DNA from: Anthoceros angustus
Lineage: Eukaryota > Plantae > Anthocerotophyta
DNA length: 64,000 nt
Assembly: GCA_010909165.1 (NCBI GenBank)
Contig: MU008155.1
Coordinates: forward strand, 1,488,001 to 1,552,000
Direction: 5' to 3'
Both the position numbers and the translations under genes were made by a program. Shown piece after piece: positions 26,368 to 40,299 of the stretch. Position 1 is the first letter of the stretch. Each line of letters opens with the position of its first letter. The notes beneath the pieces are model-generated. The model was not told the origin of the DNA. It ran no database searches and saw nothing but the letters and a program-made list of their open reading frames with translations.

Positions 26368-27199
26368 TCCCCGTCGTCGACGGGACAGATAGCATAGATT
26401 ACGACGAAGTTTGTGTAAAAACGGTATTGTGTTGATGGAACGAATGACCCTTGGAATTGTTGCCTACAAAGCCGATTTTCAGCACCCTTTCCTCAGAAGA
26501 CGTGATTTGCTTGATTTTAGCCTTAATCATCTCGGTGCACCACAATGCTTCTATACTTTTCCGCCCTATGCAGCAACCGAAACACCCAATCACTCCCGAA
26601 AAAGAAAGAAGTAAAAACTTCGATAAAAAGAAAATTCTGTAGAAACCCGAGTAGAAAAATCCCGGCCCCCCTAGTAGCCATGCCCGCTGACACCGCGACG
26701 GGCAGACCCTGGCTACCGTGGGCTTGCAAATGGATACCCGATGGCCATTAAGGCCGGCACGTATGTCCCGGCCTCGGCCACGACATATGTACCTATGTCT
26801 TGCCCATCACCATGCTATGGTGAGTCATGCATAATCCGAACCGGCTGAAAGTTTTGGCGCCCGTACGCTCACCAACACGGACATGAGAGAAACCGCTCGT
26901 CCCTACCCACATTACTAATAATACTTGTTTAAGGCTCCAAGTGCATCCCGGCTCACAAGCTTATGGTATGTGAACTCCGTCATTTGCATAGCGTAGATCT
27001 GCGAGTTTAGAGCGGCATGTTCAATCTTTGTTTTCAAGCGCTCTTATGATTAGGGATAGGGATTTTGGTTAAAGGTTGAGATTAGGGTTAGGGTTAAGGT
27101 TTTTTCTCTTTGGGATAGGGTAATGTGATTTACGGATAATAATATGGATTTGAGTTCTTGTATTAACTTAGAAGAGTTACCAACTAACACCCCTTTTGT

Positions 27200-28140
27200 G
27201 GTGCAGCTTCCTAAATTAGGGTTATTTAATCATCTTGACCTAAAGCGGGTTTCTTCTCAATATGACCATTCTAGGGCACCGGTAAAAAACATGTGAAGGT
27301 GGCTCACATACTCTTTTCTAGAGTGGGAGACTTTATTGGGGAATGAGTGCTATAAGTTCCCATCCTACGAACTTCTACAAGAAGGATTCTAAGGGGGAGT
27401 TTACCTCGCCTGCATCTCAAGCAGTGCAAACAACGCATCATATGTTAGGTAAGAAGGTTTGAAGTATGAAATTGTTTTATTACTTAGGAGGCATTAACAT
27501 TGTGATGGCTTGCGGTGTATTCTTCTGACCGGAAGACTTTCGCCAAAAGGAGGTGGGAGTGTCACGTGGTGCTATCTGACTAAATGTAAGGTCCTCCGTG
27601 GAGAGAGTGTCAAGCATGGTTGCCAAGCAAATTTTAGGGTGAAGAAACTTCTCACATGGCCTAAGTTCTTTGAGATTGGTCTTTTGAACATAGGCATCTT
27701 GACCTTTCAAATGCTATATGTCATGGGCAGTAAGGCTTACCCCATGATGTCAGAGCAGCATGGCTTTCACAGGAAAAGAAGGATTGGATCAGGCATTGCC
27801 TATACTGCAAAGTTCCTGTTGATGAAATAATCCTGTTGATGAAATAATGCGTCGGCATCAAGATGCATTGTATGCTCGAATCAACAATCAGACATAGGTA
27901 TATGAGCTAGTAAGAGATGATTATATGCAAAGATATGATGTTCTCAATATACTTACACAAGTTGAAGTTGGTGAATGGAAGCTAGCCGGATGATGCCACA
28001 TCGGTGTCCACATGGTTGGAGCAAAATCGTCTATAGTCTTCCACCAATCAAGCGAGAATCAACCTTTCGCTTTGGGTATTCAAACTCCTTTTATGTTAAA
28101 TTGCATGTTGCTTTATGGGAATGGTAATGTGCTAGCGACT
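27200..28140 (+). pseudogene. SWIM/MULE-like transposase, 5' fragment
   Basis: RGESVKHGCQANFRVKKL and LGIQTPFMLNCMLLYGNGNVL resemble SWIM-type Mutator-like transposases. Confidence 0.55.
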
Positions 28141-28332
28141 TAACCACCGATTGTCCTCGAGCAACAGATAATCCCTGCACGGGGCGTTCAGACACGAGGA
28201 GCCGGCAGCAGCTGGAATCATCACACGCCTTCATGCAAAACGCAGCCACGCCCCATCCTAGGCGGCCAAAAGTCCGACACGCTAGGGCCTAGCAGTGCGA
28301 CCGGGAGCGTACAAACACCTTACTTCTCAAAG

Positions 28333-28815
28333 ATGACGTTCAACTTTGTTACAGCTGTGGCAGGAGTCGAACTGGTTATCTTCTTGCTTGCAAACCTGCT
28401 CAGCTTAGCCACCATGAGAACTCGCAGTGGGAAGTGCTATCAACGTGTGGAGACTCCGAGCAAGAGAAGAGCACCGCGAAGGTCTGCCGGAGCCGCTAAG
28501 GAGGACCTGCCCAAGGACTTGTCCGATTCTTCTATCTCAGCCGCGGAAAGGAGAGAGGATGATGCCCGCGGCTGGGACTGGGATTACAAGACCGGATGGG
28601 GGCAAAGGGTCCACATAGGGGCCTTCAATCTTGAGGTGAATGTGAACTTGATCTTCGGAGTCGTGAGAACTGGAAAGACACGAACTAACCTTCCCCCACA
28701 CGCTGTTGGGGAAGCTGGGAGGCAAACCCTCATTCAGCGGCTAGAGGAAATTGTGAAACTGCTTGAAAAGATCAAGGACGTGATGCCCAGGGAGGTTGAA
28801 GAGGAGGAGGTCTGA
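28333..28815 (+). CDS. Hypothetical 160-aa protein next to the Copia 3' end
   Basis: Uninterrupted ORF with hydrophobic N-terminus and acidic tail. No family recognised. Confidence 0.35.
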   Translation: MTFNFVTAVAGVELVIFLLANLLSLATMRTRSGKCYQRVETPSKRRAPRRSAGAAKEDLPKDLSDSSISAAERREDDARGWDWDYKTGWGQRVHIGAFNLEVNVNLIFGVVRTGKTRTNLPPHAVGEAGRQTLIQRLEEIVKLLEKIKDVMPREVEEEEV

Positions 28816-28989
28816 CGAGAGGAGCCACTGCTAGGTGATTAGATTTTTCCATAAGCTTCATCCACATAACCTGGCCCCAGGGTTTCTTTACTGCTGACTT
28901 CTTCATTTTACCTGATGACAGACTGGGAAGGGAGCCTGCTGGACCAGAAGGCAGTAGCACAAGGTTATAATACAACTGTGTACCACATC

Positions 28990-31900
28990 CGTCTGCATCC
29001 ACGAGAGTCCCCCTCTGCCAGATAAGTCACTGATCAAAGTGGACTGTGAAGTCATGTAGGCCTAGGCCCTCCATGTGAGGATAGTGTTTGTTCTTAGGAA
29101 GGCCCTTCGTCAGAATATCAGCTGTGTTATCGTCTGTATTAATGTAATCAACCTTGATAACTCCACGAGCTACAACATCTCGTATGTAATGATGCTGCAC
29201 CTCGATGTGCTTAGTACGTGCATGGAAGGTGGGCTTAGCCACTAATTCAAGAGCTCCTGTATTGTCGCAGAGTATCGTGGTTGATCAGCCGCATGTCCGA
29301 GGTCAAAGGCGAAGCCGTTCATCTCCGCCTCCAGCGCAGCCATGGACTTGTACTCAGCCTCTGTTGAGCTTAAAGCTATCGTAGGCTGTTTCTTGCTGCT
29401 CCAATTCAGAGCGGCTGAGGCAAGGAGAAAACAGTATGTCGAAAGGCTCCGCCTTGAGTATGAATCCGAGCCCCAATCCGCATCTGTGAAGCCAGTAAGG
29501 GTAAGCTTGGATTCACCACTACGTCTGTACATGAGTCCATATTTGACTGTGCCCTTCAAGTAACGAAACACCCTCTTTACAACTGTCCAATGAGCTCTCC
29601 CGGGGTTCTCCAGGTATTGGGAAGCTATGCAAACCGCATATTGGATATCGGGTCTTGTCCAGTTCGCTACGAACAAAGGCTGCCAACACCATGCCTGTAA
29701 GGTACGTCCTGCATGTCTTTGATTTCTTCTTCTGTCCGGGGCATTGTGAACGTGTAAGTTTTGTCCCTGTGGCATAAGGGGTGGTTGCAGGTCTGGCCTG
29801 ATCGAGGTTGAACTTCCTCAAGATTTCATTAACGTACTTGTACTGGTGAATGATCATCAGGCCCTTAGCTCGAACTCGCAACAATTGTATGCCGAGACAG
29901 AACTTGAGCTCGCCAATATCCTTCATATCGAATCTGGTGCTCAGCTGTTCCTTGACGACTAACAACAGCTTCTGATCGTTCGTGGCAAAGATTACATCGT
30001 CAACATAAAGAGCCAGTAGGACAATGGAGGATCCTTGGGTAAGCTTATAGACATTGGTGTCAGCATTGTTTTGAACAAATTTAATGCTGAGCAGGTATAA
30101 GTGCATGGTTATGTACCATACTCGCCCGCTCTGCTTAAGGCCATAAATACACTTCAAAAGCTTCAGCACTTTGTGTGGGTGTTGCAGGGTCTTCATAGCC
30201 TTCAGGCTGATACATATACAGCTCTTCATCGAGCACTGTACAAGAAAGCCGTGCAAACGTCCATCTGCTGGAGGTCCAGATCATACTCCGAGGCATAAGC
30301 TAGGAGGATCCGAATCGACTGGGTCCTCACAACAGGTGAGAAAGTCTCTTGATAGTCAATACCCTCAACCTGTGCGAAACCACGGGCTACTAGCCTAGCC
30401 TTGTATCGTGCTACCTCACCCTTGGCGTTTAACTTAAGCTTGAATACCCATTTGCAGGAAATAGCCTTGCGTCCTGATGGGAGGTCTGAAAGCTGCCAAG
30501 TTTTATTCTTCAAGAGAGACTGGTATTCTTCCTCCACAGCAACCTTCCACTGTGCGGACTGTGGGCCTGAGAAGGCTTGAGTTAAGGTGGTTGGCTCATC
30601 AGGAAGAGAAGGGCTAACTGCAAGGTGAGTGCGAAAATCGATAGACCGAGCAGCGGGTGCATTCCATTCTCGTGGGGTCGATAACGTGGAACGCGTAGCA
30701 GTGAGCCGCTTCACATCTTCCGGATCGGAGGCGTTGTCTGAAAATAGTAATGCTCATCTTCATGAACAAGATTCGAGGTACCTTCCCCTCTCTCAAAATC
30801 GGTAGATCATTGTCCATCATCCAAAATAGCATGTTGATGAACTTTACCCTGAACAGGTGCAGCTGGAGGGATGGCATGACCAGGCGGGACTGGAAAAACT
30901 TCAGGATCAGGGGCAGCAGGCTCTGTGTCATCTAAGGGGTATTCTGCAGCTATATCTGTCCGGGTGTCCGAAACAGGATCCGCAGGTACTGATTCAACAG
31001 CTCGGGAAGGAGCTTGTGGTTCAATAAATGTAACACTCCTGGCAAACACGATAGATGCCGTTTCTGGGCTGTACAGCTTATATGCCTTGGCCTGCTCGCT
31101 ATAGCCCACAAAAATAAGGGCCTGTGCACGCTGATCAAGCTTCTTACGCTTCTCAACTGGGATATAGGCAAAAGCCTTGGAGCCAAAAACCTTGAGATGA
31201 AGCAAGCTGGGCTTCTTGCGCCAGTACACCTCGAAAGGAGTCCTCTGTGGAACTAAACTGGTCAGCACCCTGTTGAGGATGTATGTGGTTGCTACAACTG
31301 CTTCAGCCCAATAGCCTTGAGGTAAGCCTGCCCAAAGTAACATGCTTCTTGTCATGCTGAGTAGCGTTTGATTCTTGTGTTCTGACACGCCATTTTGCTG
31401 GGGCGTGTAGGGAACTGTGAGTTGTCGCAAGATACCAGCCTCTTGGAGAAGATTATCAAAAGATGAGTTAACAAACTCCCATTGTTCTGCCCGAGGATCT
31501 TCAAGAACTTGCTCGCCTCGAAAGAGCAAGAATGAGCCACCGAAAGTAGCTAAAGGTATCACTTTTGGCACGCATTGGAAAGGTCCATGTGTAGCGATCT
31601 GCATCATCGCGAGGGTGAAGTAGCGAGCCTGGGGAGGGCTCATGGATTTTCCGCATATATCAAGATGCACTTCCCACTTCGTCCTGTAGCAGTGCATTTG
31701 GAAAAGATGACTCCTTTTGTTTAGCCAGTATGCACGACTCGCAGACAGGTAAATGCTTGAAACATTTAGGAAGAGGCTCCTTGTGACATTCGGTGACGGA
31801 CATGTCAATGAGCTTAGCCCTATTAACGTGACCTAGTCTAGCGTGCCATAACACTGCCTCCTGTTGTGCACTAACTGTATTCATTGTTGTTGAGTGTGCG

Positions 31901-32728
31901 ACAGGCTGGGGAATAGCAGCAGAGCCGCAACTGATATTCAACCTATACAGATCGTGATCTAAAATACCTTTGAAGACACATGTATCCGGTATGTCTCCTC
32001 AGAGAAGGAGCAAGTGTTAGAATCAAAGACGCATGCGTATAAAGGTATGGAGGAGCTGGCTCATGGACATGAGATTTTTAGCCATACTTGGGACATACAA
32101 GACATCACTCAACTTAAGGTGTATGCCGTCCTGCAGCCTAAATATGCAAGTACCTCTGCCATCAATGTGCAAACTGGTTGTACTTTGCTCGTCTCCGAGT
32201 AGCACCTTGTCACTAACATGACCAAGGTTAAGGGTAGTAAACAACTCCCTGTCCTTGCAGATATGAGTCGTGGCTCCGGAATCCATGTAGCAGCTGCCAT
32301 CATCATTCAAGGAACTGGACAAGCACGCAGTAAGAATCTTAACTGGCGCCTTTGTTTCTCCAGAGTTCTTTTCCTTGACAGCAGAGTTTGCCTTGTCACT
32401 GTAGCTCACCCTTCTTTCTTGGCATTCTCTTGCCCAATGGCCAGGGGTGCCACACCAGTGATCCTGGTCTCTTAGTTGAACTGCTGGATGAATCAGTGCG
32501 CCCAGAAGAGCCTCCAGTCCCTGGTTACTTCCCTTTCCTTGCGAGAATTCCACATTGCTAACACGCTCGCCTTATTCTTAGGAACATGACCAGAGAGGGT
32601 GCGAGCCTGTTCTTCCTGGTAGAGAGCGCCAATGATGTCCTCAACAGTGGGGGCAGCAGTGGCGACAGCTCCAGCAGCAGCAGGCTTGACAGGGCCATTC
32701 TGGGTTGTGACGAAATTCTGATATGAGG
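28990..32728 (-). mobile_element. Ty1-copia, 3' part (gag C-terminus, protease, integrase, RT, RNase H, PPT)
   Basis: YMDSGATTHIC, LWHARLGH, YTPQQNGVSE, YKARLVARGF, LALYVDD, GFTDADW, TKHIEVQHHYIRD. PPT complement CCCCCTCT at about 29010. Confidence 0.93.
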
Positions 32729-32754
32729 AACAAGGTCTCCTAAGACCTGGAGAC
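32729..32754 (+). repeat. Left TIR (17 bp perfect, 23/26 bp extended)
   Basis: AACAAGGTCTCCTAAGA-CCT-GGAGAC, preceded by GAGG at 32725-32728. Confidence 0.9.
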
Positions 32755-35076
32755 ACACCCCTCTTTTTAGAGACAGAGGTCGAAATGACCAAATTTTACA
32801 TTTGAAATCAAATCAAATCGTGATTTCGTGGGTTTTCGAACCTGGTCAAAAACACACATCGCAGATAACCAGGGTTTTCATAACACCATTTCTAGCTTTA
32901 TCATGCCATTTGATCTTGCAAATAATGGTCCTCGGTTGGATCAAGTTTGAAAATACCGCGTTTTGCACTTTCAAGGACACTTTTCCAAAATCGGTTAGTC
33001 TTTCAAAATCGCCAAGTTTGTGACGCTTTTGAATATATGTACTAAGGGTCAAAGTCCAGAGACTAATGTTGTGGATACATTTCATTTCCTTCACATGCCC
33101 CTCATGTCCGGACATCCCGACGGTGTCTTTAAATATGTGGCAACGTGAAAGTTCAAGTTCAATATGTCTCTACATGTCACTATACATAATACAACAAATG
33201 CATCAACACATGTCATTTGGTATCCAAGTGGTGAATTAGATGTATAATTTAGCCAAATGTAAACTAACTAATCGCCTTCTACGCATTTGCCATCCGAAAT
33301 ACACGACACAAGGCGAGCTTAAAACCCCAACACATCACTAGACCAGACAGTAGGAGCCAGTGATTTACTTCACTTATAAAAAGGGGATAGCTTAAACACC
33401 GCCAAGTCTGTCATGAGCAAGAAAGTCGAGGCGAAGAAAGCAGTTGGCCAAAACCCGGATGTCCGGTGAGCACCAGCCCACACAATGCCCATATTGACCA
33501 TGCTTTAAACGATGTACCCCACGTTAAAGACCAAAGTGTGTGTAAAGGATTCAACAAAAGCACTATTCGATTGAGTGAGCATCATTGCGAAACCAAAACC
33601 AATAGTGCTCATTCCTAGGCTAGTCTCAGTACACTCTATGCTGAATGCACCACACAAGAAACCAACACTAGCGGCGGTCAAACCGGATGTGCCATTTAGC
33701 ACTGCATCAACACCATCAAATATCCGCAAGAGAACACAACCACAAGCAGATGGCGAAACATCGATTCTGATCTCGAAGGCGAAACCATACTTGCCATCCT
33801 CACTCGGGCTCAGCCTTCACGGTCGCTCCCTCCACTGCTGCCAAGGCCTTCGCGGCTGTTTCTGCTGCGACCATCACCAGGGCTAGCTCCCTCTGCCTCC
33901 TTCTCGCGGGCCATACGTCGTCTTCGGCATCCAACTCCTCTGTAGACAACTCCCGCATCTCCGGCTTCACTGCCAAATATGGTCTGAATCTTCGTAGCTC
34001 CCTTTCAGCTGTCTTCACCTCCTCCCCGGCAAGTGAGAGGTCACGGGTTATATCCCTTGGCTTTCCACCCTCATCCCCTCGGGAAGGGTCCACACCCCTA
34101 GCGGCTCCCTTAAGGCCACCACACCCACCTCCCCTTGGAACCAACAACAGGCTTGGGGTGAGGAAAAGCAGGTGCCATGGGCGGATCGCTTCCAGCGACA
34201 TTGCCTCGCGTGTTGGACCCCTGAGGCCCCAGAGGAGGTCTTCCTCCTAGCCCTCTTGACTGCGATGTCGAGATGTCACCCGTGGGGGTGACTGTAGCCG
34301 CCTCGTTCTCATCGCAATCGTGGAGAACTAGCACACAAAGGCGGGTGCCACAAGTCCGAGGTTAGTAGCCGGCCGGCTGCTGCACCAGCCAGGCGAAGCG
34401 AGCACCAGGCGAGCGGCGGCGCCAGCAGCACCGGCCAGGCGAAGCCTTTTATGTTCCAATCTCCGATAGCGCCGCAAATGGCGGTCCTCCTCAACCAACA
34501 CGCACCTCGCCACCCAGGCCACCACGCCCGCTCACCCCGGTGGCACTCGTGAGCGCCAGATCGCCAACCACGGCGCGGGCTCTTGGAGCGTGATGGAAAA
34601 TAAAAGAAGAGTGAGGGCAGAGAGTACCGGCCGGAGGAGGGTTTACGTCTCTCCCCATTCCTTCCCATCCTACATACAATTGTCGAGAAGCAGCCACGCA
34701 GCCGAAAAAAGCAGTACACGGGCCATACACCGACAAGTGTGAAACCTTACAAAAACATGATCGTGTTGTGCCGGATGTCCGGTGGAAGCCATAGAGACTC
34801 AACCACATTGCCAACACTCCAAAAGAGGAGCACACATCCTAATAAAACAAACCACCTTCACATAACTAGGAAATCACGTCTGACCTCGCTCTCTCAACAT
34901 CAAAATTAATTCTAGGTGGGTTAGGATCGCTCCTCGCGAGTCCACACCGCCATCAAGTCCACCAAATAATCACAGATGCATCGGAGGATTCAATGTTGTC
35001 CAGTCTTAGAATCAATCCGCTCATCACCGGTTTCATCACCATCAACAGGAGGAAGCCGGTAGCTTCCTCACTCTAC

Positions 35077-38000
35077 TCAGTCAAAGACCTTCCTCTTCAA
35101 CATATCCATGGTGTTTTTGCTTAAAGTCCTGTTCCTCGTCAACACAAAATCGTAACCCATGATCGTGGTCTCCAAAAGCTTGATGGCTTGGACATGTTTC
35201 TTCAAAGGATTCCGGCGCCTACCTTTCCTGTGACATGCTGGTGGGGTACTCGGCACCCATTCCTCTGAGTACCTACCCTCAAGTGCATTAGGGTTTTCTG
35301 TGCGCCACCAGTGGATTTGTGCTAGCGGGTCAGCAGCTTCATGGTCCACCTCCACAACCTTGCCTAGCGGAAGGGCCCTCGGGGTCATCTGCGGCTGGAC
35401 CGCAATCATCATGCCCGCTTGGATCTCGATAATAGATCCTCGGCTTGTTGTTCCAACGTTCCGCCTAGCGGCGATCCTGCGGGCACCGTATAAATCTCGG
35501 TCTGTCCAAATATTCGTCTTGCTAGTGCATCCACCACTACTTGTCCGAAACATCACGGAGGTTCTTGAGCATGCGCTTCCGGTTATACCATGTCCATGCT
35601 GGTTTCCAATGGACGAAGATGACTGGCGCTACTAAACCCGCTATTGCCAATTGCTCCTCCCAAAACCATCCCACCAAGATAGTAGCGCATTGAAGATTTG
35701 TGGAAGTTCTTAACATTGTCTGTCTTCCACTCCAGCCATAGCCACGCCGACATACATGTGGATGCTCCTTGCTCCTTCTGCCCTCACATGCAAGTGGTAC
35801 CGGTGGAGCCGCAACAATCTCCCTCTCGCACTCCATCCCGTAATGAACACCACCATCGGGGTCCAGTGCAGTGGAAAATTGCTTGCACCTCAAAGACCGC
35901 CACAAACTCATGACTAGGCAACTCCTCCAGTGACCTTAAATTGATGTTGAAAAGCGTGGTTGTGTAGACATGCGTTGCGGGGAGAACCTCGGGCGCCATA
36001 AATATTGCTTAAAATCGCACCTCCTTCATGAGATGGACCTTGGTAGGAGTATAAGCCCTCCAAGCAAGCAATCAACTCCGGCAATGTGTATGCCTCTTTC
36101 AAGTTCAAGACAACTGTAAAACGGAAAACATTTGATCAATCGATCATGGGTATGGCCAACAATGAGAAACCCCACTTTAACCTTCTTAAAATACCAATGG
36201 ACACCAACATCGCGCCCACCTCCACGGTTCTTGTTACAGCAGTATTGTCCATCCGGTAAAGAGTTTGCAATTGCCCTCCCACAAATTAATCACATGCGGA
36301 TTACGCAATTGTGCCGTTAGGATCATTCCGAATATTGGGGTAGCTCGGTACACATAAGTGCGCATGAATTTGTTGAACACCAAAACCCCAACCACATGGA
36401 GAGATTAGCGGCTATCCACATCTTTGGGCACTCTACGGAAATGAGGCAACTCGGTTTTTCGTCCATACCATCTATCGCAATCCCTATGTACTTGGTCGGT
36501 TGAGCCATACACTTCCGCGATGCGCCATTTTCCTCCGCTCCATCTTGTTGATCCGGTGATAATTGAGGAGTTCTCTGTTTATCTCGCACATACAAGGGCC
36601 ACCATCGGTACACCGCGCAACAAGCAAGTGTTCTGCTGTGTAAAGTCATCGTGCCAAACCCTAAGTCTCCTAAGGCCATAGGGTTTGCACTCTACCGATT
36701 GCGGCCATCCAATCACCGGACATCCGGTGCTTACGATGATAAGGTAGAGGGATTCTCGGTTGTACCTTGCTCTCTCGTTCCGGCGTTTTTATTTTAGCTT
36801 TTAACTTCTCACAGACGATGAGACGGAGTGGTTGGATCTTAATTTTGACACAGTGCCGTATCCACAACTTGCGAAATAGTCTAACATACATGCAATCGCT
36901 CTTGCCTGTTGTCTAGCATACTCAATATAAATCTCCTCCTTCGTGAATGTCAGGCGTTAAAGACTTCCCTATTGGGTAGCCTTTCCACATTTCCTTTGAA
37001 AACAAATCCATCCACATTACACAGTAGACCATACGGTAGGTATTTTTCCGGCACAGGCTCAGCTCGTCCCCTTCAGTACGGGTGCATTCCGTCGGTGCCC
37101 CAATGCAAAACACACGGCAAAATGCCCTCACACACACCGAAACCTTTCCGTGTGGTAGCTTGTTCAACCATCCGGTCCACAGTCATCTTCTTGATCACAT
37201 CAATCGTCCGCAAATGCTGTTCTGCTCCCCTTACTCATCGAAAAAAAGGCCACGCGACAGGCTTTTAGCCTGCAATGTCCCAACTTTCCTATGCACTTTC
37301 TCCCACAAGCCTCCTCAGTGCACGCACATAGCCGCCTACGATGCTTGCCAAAACATTGTCCACCTTATTCCTTGCGGCATGGTTCTTGGTGGAACACATA
37401 ACCCCATCCATAGTGCAACTCCAACCCCTCGACTTGGGATTAGCAGGAGGCGGATTTCGCAGTGCGGAGGCCTCGTCGCCTCCTCTCCAAACAAAGGCAA
37501 TCGGATCTCGTACCACATTTGGTCTCCCCGCCTTCCACTCCCGTAACCTCCTTCACCCACTCGCAAACTCCAAACCAAAATCAACAATGCCATGGACCTT
37601 CTCACCACACCGGCGACTCAAAGAACACTCTGCTTCGATTCCTATTTTGGCCAGCGGTGAAACACAACGTTGAAAATACTCCTGCGACCCACATGGATCT
37701 GTTGTAGGCGCCACCTTGTCTCCCTCTGGCCGGGACACACCGCTTGGCCGGATTTGGATCTGGGCAAAACATCCTCGCCAACTTCTTCGCACCCGGACTT
37801 GAACAAGCCGGTAAATGGTACTGGCGCAGTGCCGAGGCGGGCCAAGAGGATATCGGGGAGGGATATCGAGGCGCCGCCTCTTTCACGGCGGCGGCACGAG
37901 CTACCGCCGATCCACATGGTCTGCAATTTCTTCGATCGCGCGCTCGTTCGTGTCCAGATCGAACAAAAACAAGTCTCCATCGCTTGCGACCTCGTCCGCT

Positions 38001-38277
38001 ATACCACCGCAGGGTGTCTGTCAAATCGATGTGCCCAGGTCTTCGACTACGGGCAGACATTCACCGGACGTCCGCGGTTCCCTTGGTTGTCCACTCAGCG
38101 CTGCCGCCAAGTCCACGATGTCGGACTCGGACACATGCCCGAGATCTTCATCGTGATCACTAGTCCGTTCACCAAATCAAAGAACTCTTCCTCGAGGTCA
38201 CGCCATTGTGCGCTACCAAAGAGTAGAAGAAAGTGCTGCTCACAATGTGCTCGGCGAAGGCAGCGTAGCTAGACATG
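35077..38277 (-). pseudogene. Sola-like (DUF7869-type) DDD/E transposase, frameshifted
   Basis: Acidic N-terminus, VCVRAFCRVFCI, FRKLW..HCVKI...C, KYIGIAIDGMD, MDN, VGFLIVGHTHD-IDQMFS-FTVVL, and a C-terminal beta-barrel-like segment (GMMIAV...LGKVVEV...IHWW). Start approximate. Confidence 0.75.
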
Positions 38278-40299
38278 TTCAAACTTGTATCCGCTCTCGT
38301 GGCCCGCTCGTAATCAATTATGACGATTGGCGGATGTCCGAATTGCGGCTCTGAGATCCTGGCGGTCAAGTCTCGTTAATTGCCTTAGATTGCAAGGATC
38401 GAGGAGCGAGGTTATGCAAAGGCGAAACATGTTTAGCCGATGGCAAAACATGGAATATTCTCATAAATATGCTTTACTACTTGTTTTGCCGGATGTGCCT
38501 TTGGGCGGCGAATGAAGGCTAAACTTGGCGGATCGAGCATTGGATGATTTCCCATGCGGGGAGTGGAATTGCGAATTGCTGACGATGCCGGCGTCTCTTG
38601 CACATCGTGACCCCACATAGTCATACTACCTTCCTCCTGCTGGAAGACCGATTTTGGCGCCAACGAGTGAGATGGTGGATATATTGAGCGAGAGGGACAA
38701 AGCGATGATTTGTCTCTTATCCCTCGTATTCGACCGCGGAATCGGAGTGTCTTTCGAATTGCGTGGTTTCATTGAAGGTCAACACCGCTCCAACCTCACA
38801 GCCATCCGTGTTTCACGAAGAACATACCGGGGTCCGGTTGTTGATGTCGCCGCCTTTGACAATCCTTAATGCTTGCGATCAATTATGTGCTTCCCTCATG
38901 TTATACTTGCTAATATGTCCAATGATCTCCTTGCTACAATGGGTTGTTTGGCAGATGGGCCCTCAAAGCAGGAGCAAAGGCGCCAAACCCATGGAGCGCT
39001 AGCGGGGAGAAAACGGACCGGGCAGCCTTTGATTCGCAGGGCCCCATGGAGACTGACCGGTCCGGATCCGGCATCAAGATGCATACCGACACCGTGAACC
39101 CGCGCCCCGACAACGTCCCCAACTAGAGCAACTTTCCAAAGTCCTTACAAGCAAGCGGACGACATGATCGGAATGATGCTTGAGACAACTCTCCTTTCGA
39201 TATATCCGGGGAGTTGGATCGCAACAACGTCTGCGGGGCGGTTGGTATTCATACCTCTTGGGTGCTGGACAAGCCTTCAAAGCCCTCATGTCTTGGCTTT
39301 TGTTCACGCATTGTGGAGAAGGATGACCAAGGGTATGTCATTTTTGTGTACATCAAGACAAACCGACAAACGACCCCAATGTCGTCCAGTCTACTCACCG
39401 TGATCAAGAATTTTGACATTTTGCACCGGTAGGAAGCGTCGTGAAGAAGCTGCTGCAGGCTTGCGAAAAATGATGGGCACGAGTTTTCCACAAGGTAATG
39501 CACCAAGTATGTTTAGAAGGCGTTAGGCTGCGGTACTCTGTCAGTTCGGAACCCGTCGCGCGATGGGTGGTAGTGGATCATCGGCCGGTGAAAGCGGCAT
39601 AGACGGCATCGACTTGACGGAATTCAAAGCATCCAAGCGGTGCATCCAAGCCACACCAGTGCATCCGCCAGAAGCAACAGAGCCGCATCGGAAGCATCTT
39701 CAAGATGGCGGAATCATTTCACAAGGGCATCTGCAGGAAAGCAACCATGCTTCTCGATGCAACCGAGCGATGCATCCGAGGGAAGCATCCCCGCAATGCC
39801 ATGGTGGGGAAACATCCTAGCACCGCATCCGTTGGTCCAATACAACCAATTGCAAATGATCCAGAATATCGGTTTGAGGCCGATCGTCTGGTGTGCACCG
39901 GACGTCCGGGTTTTGACTCGGAGACTTTGTGATTCTTCAAGGCTCTGAGGAAGCTAGCTTGACCGGGTATGACGAGGATATGGAGAACGACGGTGAGGAC
40001 ACAGAGGACTATGGATGGCGTCCTACCCGGGGAGGACGAAGATGATCAAGACGGTGAAGATGGCTCATGGGAAGGAGACTGCGAGGCTAATGGCGATGAG
40101 CATGACCTCGAGGTCCTGTCCCTGCATGATTGCTCGCGGTCTTGAGGCTTGTCCTGGATCGCAGGAGGGTGCAGCAGCCGCCCGTGGGGAATGCATCAAA
40201 GGCGACGGAGGAGGCGGAGATGGCAAACCAATCGATGAGAAGGCGAGGCCAGCAGTAGTGGCAAAGCCAAGAAGGCAAGGGCAAACGAGAAGCCTGCAA

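Noticed and set aside
27080-27105. Telomere-like TTAGGG repeats
   Set aside because: Only two or three degenerate units; not an array.
36663-36675. Internal TIR-like AAGTCTCCTAAGG
   Set aside because: Short imperfect match within the transposase coding region, with no TSD.
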